DNA from: an uncultured Nitrospiraceae bacterium
GTDB lineage: Bacteria; Nitrospirota; Thermodesulfovibrionia; Thermodesulfovibrionales; Dissulfurispiraceae
Assembly (NCBI GenBank): GCA_963705105.1
Contig: CAVPIW010000012.1
Location: 288,001-352,000, forward strand
Length of the DNA: 64,000 nucleotides
Direction of reading: 5' to 3'
The notes beneath the pieces are model-generated. The model worked only from the letters and a program-made list of their open reading frames with translations. It was not told where the DNA came from and made no database searches. Positions 59,625 through 64,000 of this stretch are shown here, in pieces (positions within the stretch are counted from its first letter, which is position 1; each line of letters opens with the position of its first letter). A program made the translations under genes and the position numbers.

Positions 59625-60346
59625 TCAGCCCCGGCATATTCCACGAAGCGCCGGTGACGGCCTTCTTTACGACAAAGCGAAGTCACCGCGATTTCGGGGA
59701 CATCGTTCGCAGGACCGGCGTTCCGGGTCACATGATGTACCTGCCGATCCAGAAACACACGGACAAGATCGTCCTCGTCGGGTCGTCCCTGGAGCAGAAG
59801 ATCGGTGACTCCGTCGTCACGAAGAGAAACGATATCCTGATCGGCGTGCAGGTGGCGGACTGCGTTCCTGTGCTGATCCTCGACGGGAAAAGAGAGATCG
59901 CCGGCGCGGTCCATGCCGGGTGGAGGGGAACGGCTGCGGGAATCCTGAAGAAGACGATCGCCTTCATGGCTGAACGGTTCTTCTCCGATCCGTCGGACAT
60001 ATTGATCGCCCTCGGGCCGGGCATACGCGGATGCTGCTACAATGTCGGCCCGGAGGTGATCGATGCGGTCAGACGGGCTTCGGGAGAGGGGCGATACATC
60101 ACGGAAAGCGGCGGCATTCACCGCATTGATCTGTCCATGGCGAACACGCTTCAGGCGAGGTCGATGGGAATTCCGGAGGCGAACATCTGGATGTCGCCGG
60201 ACTGCACCCATTGCCTTCCTGAGAAATACCATTCCTACCGGTTCACCAGGACCCATGCGGGACGGCAGTTCGGGTTCATCGGACTGACACGGCACGATGT
60301 ATCAAAGAGGCAGTCAACAGTCGGCAGTCGGCAGTCGACAGCCTGA
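59609..60346 (+). CDS. pgeF: PgeF/YfiH purine nucleoside phosphorylase-like protein
   Basis: QKH, ADCVP, HAGWRG, GP.I..CCY.V, SYR. Confidence 0.92.
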   Translation: MEDELISPGIFHEAPVTAFFTTKRSHRDFGDIVRRTGVPGHMMYLPIQKHTDKIVLVGSSLEQKIGDSVVTKRNDILIGVQVADCVPVLILDGKREIAGAVHAGWRGTAAGILKKTIAFMAERFFSDPSDILIALGPGIRGCCYNVGPEVIDAVRRASGEGRYITESGGIHRIDLSMANTLQARSMGIPEANIWMSPDCTHCLPEKYHSYRFTRTHAGRQFGFIGLTRHDVSKRQSTVGSRQSTA

Positions 60347-60374
60347 AAGCGGAATAGAGAAGGGAGGCAGGGGA

Positions 60375-62967
60375 ATGCGCAAATTCTTTGACATGTTCAG
60401 GAGCAACAGGCAGATTCAGCGCAGTGAAGCGGCACGACAGGCCTTTCAGGACAAATACAGGCATTTTCAGAGTCTGCTGGCCGGCAACAACAGGGCCCTC
60501 GAGATCATCACGGACCTTGAACAGATGTGCTACGGGACAAAGCCCTTTTCACGTGAAGATATCCTGGATCTGGTGGATCTGCTTCTTTTGCATGTACGCG
60601 AGATCGTCTCTCACCTGGACACCCTTGCGGGGGGCAGGTACGGACAGCTTGCCGATACCACCCAGGCCATCGAAGCCGGCATTCATGACGCTTTGCTGTC
60701 GAAAAGATCCGTCCAGAAGAGCAGTCTCACCATGTCCCTGCAGTACCTGAGCCTGGACCATGTGTCGGAGGTTGGGGGCAAGGCGGCGAACATCGGTGAG
60801 ATCGCCAACCGCGTCCATCTGCCCGTTCCCCAGGGATTCGCCGTGACAGCGTACGCCTGCCATTCCTTTCTGCACCACAACAACCTTTACGAGGACTGCG
60901 AAAAAATACTGCGGGGCCTGGACACCGAAAACACGGAGAAGCTCCTGGAATGCACCGGACAGGTCCAGTCGCTTATACTGCAGGCGTCTCTTCCCCCGGA
61001 CCTGGAGTCTGCTATCCTGTCGGAAGTGGATGCGCTGACGAAGGAGTTCGGGCCGGGCATGCTGCTGGCCGTCCGGAGCAGCGCGACGAGCGAAGATTCC
61101 GAGGCGAGCTTTGCGGGCCAGCATTCGTCGGTGCTGGGCGTCGGGAGGGACAGGGTCCTGCAGGCATACAAGGAAGTCGTCGCCAGTACGTTCAACCCCC
61201 GTGCCGTCTATTACCGGCGCAGCAAGGGGTACCCCGACGAGTACGTCGTCATGAGCGTCCTGTGCCTGGCCATGGTGCGGGCCGGGGCGAGCGGGGTCAT
61301 GTACACGAGGGACCCGAACGACCACAGACGGGATGTGATCATGATCAATGCCGTCTGGGGGCTCGCCGGCGCAGTGGACGGCTCCGCGGCGACGGACTTC
61401 TATGAAGTGGACAAGACAAGCCGGGAGGTGCTCGAATACAAGGTTGCCCTTAAGCCGACCATGCTGGCCCTGGCGGAAGATGGCGGCATTGAGGTGAGGG
61501 AGGTGGAGCAGGACCTGCAGGCGCAGCCCTGCCTGGACCGCGAACAGGTCATGGCCCTCGTGGATTACGGCCTTGCCCTCGAGGAGCACTACGGCGTGCC
61601 CCTTGACATCGAATGGGCCATGAGACGGCAGGGCAGAATCGTCCTGCTCCAGGCCCGGCCCCTGAACCTCACCCTGACGGCGACCCAGGCCGAGACAGCG
61701 GGGCAGGAACTTGACATCGGGGCGATACAGGAGAAATATCCCGGGAACCCCGTTCTGCTCCAGGGCGGTGTGACGGCCTCACGGGGGAAGGCCTCCGGGC
61801 TGGCCTATGTGCTCACGTCGGACCATAACCTGCTGAATATCCCCGAGGGGGCGATCCTCGTCACCCCGGAGACGTCTCCGCGGTATGTGGCGATCCTGGG
61901 GCGTGTCCAGGCTATTATTACCGACGTCGGCAGCGTGACGGGACACATGGCGTCGGTGGCAAGGGAATTCAACATACCCACCCTCGTCGGGACGGGGAAG
62001 CGGGACGAAGATCATCCCGCACGGCGAAGAGATCACGGTGGATGCGACGAACCGCGTCATCTTCTCCGGCCGTGTCGAAAGCATCCTGGAGCGGAAGAGG
62101 CCCGTGAATCCCATGAAAGGCAGCCCGACCTACAAGGCCGCTCACAGTGCCCTGAAAAAGATATCAGTCCTGAATCTCATCGATCCCCAGAGCGACAATT
62201 TCTCTCCTCAGGGCTGCCAGACCATCCACGACATCATTCGTTTCGCCCATGAGATGTCGATGCGTGAAATGTTCCGGATCGCCGATGACATTGAGGTGGA
62301 TGAGCGGTTTGCCGTCATCATCAAGTCGCCCGTGCCGATGCAGATGTATGCCGTGGACCTCGGGGGAGGACTGAAGACGGGGCGTGATGTGCCTATTGCT
62401 TATATGGATGACGTCGTCTCCGTGCCCTTCCGGGCGCTCCTTCGCGGCATGACCCACCCGTCGGTGCGGTGGGCCGGGTCGGTGGGGCTTGATGTGAAGG
62501 GGTTTACAGAGATCCTTTCGAGGTCCATGCTCACCAGCCCCGCCGAGGCGGAACGCCTGGGAGGCCCCAACTACGTCGTCATCTCAGGCGAGTACCTGAA
62601 CTTCAACTCGCGGCTGGGCTACCATTTCGCGGTCGTCGACGCCTATTGCGGTCCCCAGGTGAACGACAACTACATTACCTTCTCCTTCAAGGGAGGCGCC
62701 GCCGATATCGGCAGACGATCGAGAAGGGCGAACCTCATCGCCGGCATCCTCAAGCGGCTCGGCCTCAAGACGGAAATCAAGGGTGACATGGTGCGGGGCG
62801 AGATAAAGAAATACGAATGTGAGCTGCTGCAGGAGAAGCTGGACATCATCGGCCGTCTTCTCGGCGCCGTGCGGCTGCTGGACATGGTCCTCTCCGATGA
62901 CGGACAGATCGACTGGTATGTGGATGAGTTTTTCAGGGAGAACTACACCTTCCAGCGGACTTCATAA
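60375..62967 (+). CDS. PEP-utilising enzyme (PPDK-N ATP-grasp + phosphohistidine domain + C-terminal domain), frameshift ~62000
   Basis: GGKAAN, AVRSSA..ED..SFAGQ, DIEWA, LQARP, GSVTGHMASVARE; continues TKIIPHGEEITVDA in another frame. Confidence 0.85.
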
Positions 62968-62986
62968 TAAAGCGAGGAAAATACAA

Positions 62987-64000
62987 ATGCAAACAAATGC
63001 CCCTGTCCCCTATGACATCACCCGCACGACCCTTGCCGTACTGTTTATCTGCATGCTCATTGCGGCAAGCTTCTGGATTCTCCTTGCTTTTCTCACATCG
63101 ATGCTCTGGGCGACCATGATCGTCATCGCGACGTGGCCCCTCCTTCTGGGCATACAGAGACGTCTTTTCGGAAAGCGTGGGCTCGCCGTGGCGGTGATGA
63201 CGGTGGTGCTCCTGCTGGTCCTCATCGTCCCCCTGTCGCTTGCCGTCTCTTCAATACTCGAGAGATCAGACGACATTGCAAACGGGGTGAAATCCCTTGC
63301 CACCTTTACCGTCCCGCCGCCGCCCGATTGGCTCAAAAGCATTCCCCTGATCGGGAAGAAGCTTGTCAGTCTTTGGCAGAATGTCGCCGCCATGAGCGCC
63401 GAGGAAATCTCGGCCCAGGTGACGCCCTATGCGGGAAAGGCCGTGAAATGGTTCGTTGCCCAGGCCGGCAGTTTCGGGATGATGCTGGTCCAGTTTCTTC
63501 TGACAGTGATCATATCGGCGATCATGTATTCCAACGGCGAAACGGCGGCTGCGGGAATCCGCAAATTCGCCTTCCGCCTGGCAGGGAGGCAGGGGGAAGA
63601 GGCGGTCATACTCGCCGGAAAGGCCGTGCGGGGTGTGGCGCTGGGCGTCGTCGTCACCGCGATCATCCAGTCTGTCCTTGGCGCTATCGGTCTCGCCGTC
63701 AGCGGCATACCGGGCGCCGCCCTGCTGACGGGGGTGATGTTTATGCTCTGCGTTGCCCAGCTCGGACCGGCCCTTGTGCTGTTCCCTTCAGTGATATGGC
63801 TTTACTGGAGCGGAGACAACCTGTGGGGAACATTACTGCTCATCTGGTCTCTCTTCGTTGGCTTTATTGACAACTTCATCCGCCCCGTTCTGATCAAAAA
63901 GGGGGCGGACCTGCCTCTTCTTCTCATCTTTGCCGGTGTCATCGGGGGACTGATCGCCTTCGGCATCGTTGGTCTCTTCATCGGACCGGTGGTCCTGGCG
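62987..64000 (+). CDS. ydiK: AI-2E family transporter YdiK (partial at window end)
   Basis: DITRTTLAVL, WATMIVIATWP, RGVALGVVVTA, DNFIRP.LI.KGADLP. Confidence 0.88.
   Translation, partial: MQTNAPVPYDITRTTLAVLFICMLIAASFWILLAFLTSMLWATMIVIATWPLLLGIQRRLFGKRGLAVAVMTVVLLLVLIVPLSLAVSSILERSDDIANGVKSLATFTVPPPPDWLKSIPLIGKKLVSLWQNVAAMSAEEISAQVTPYAGKAVKWFVAQAGSFGMMLVQFLLTVIISAIMYSNGETAAAGIRKFAFRLAGRQGEEAVILAGKAVRGVALGVVVTAIIQSVLGAIGLAVSGIPGAALLTGVMFMLCVAQLGPALVLFPSVIWLYWSGDNLWGTLLLIWSLFVGFIDNFIRPVLIKKGADLPLLLIFAGVIGGLIAFGIVGLFIGPVVLA

Noticed and set aside
57731..62252. Programmed frameshifting in the hydrolase and PEP-utilising genes
   Set aside because: No clear slippery site with a stimulator; same single-base pattern as the other probable errors

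Overview
GC-rich bacterial chromosomal window. Gene content suggests a Nitrospirota/deltaproteobacterial-type anaerobe (inference only). In order it holds: a CusCBA-type metal-efflux operon, transporters and a porin; two integrase-less integron cassette arrays (12.2-20.6 kb), each headed by its own copy of a ~255-bp promoter+attI-like leader and hit by ISL3 and IS256; a dsrEFH/tusDCB-like triad; archease-rtcB-mqnA; a PilZ-fusion / B12-radical-SAM / FIST / hybrid-kinase / GDSL operon; iorAB; and yajC-secDF-recJ-panB, msrA, nnr, pgeF, a PEP-utilising enzyme and ydiK. Main results: (1) three genes carry an in-frame TGA exactly at a conserved Cys, each followed by a hairpin, so they are probable selenoproteins (a CYCxC protein, DsrE and the RNA ligase RtcB at its metal-binding DINC Cys); (2) duplicated solo attI/Pc platforms capture cassettes with non-canonical cores; (3) a ~210-bp self-complementary intergenic element occurs 13 times with compensatory base changes; (4) there is a candidate signal-synthesis plus sensing operon. 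Four single-base frameshifts look like assembly errors. All family assignments come from motif recognition, not database searches.
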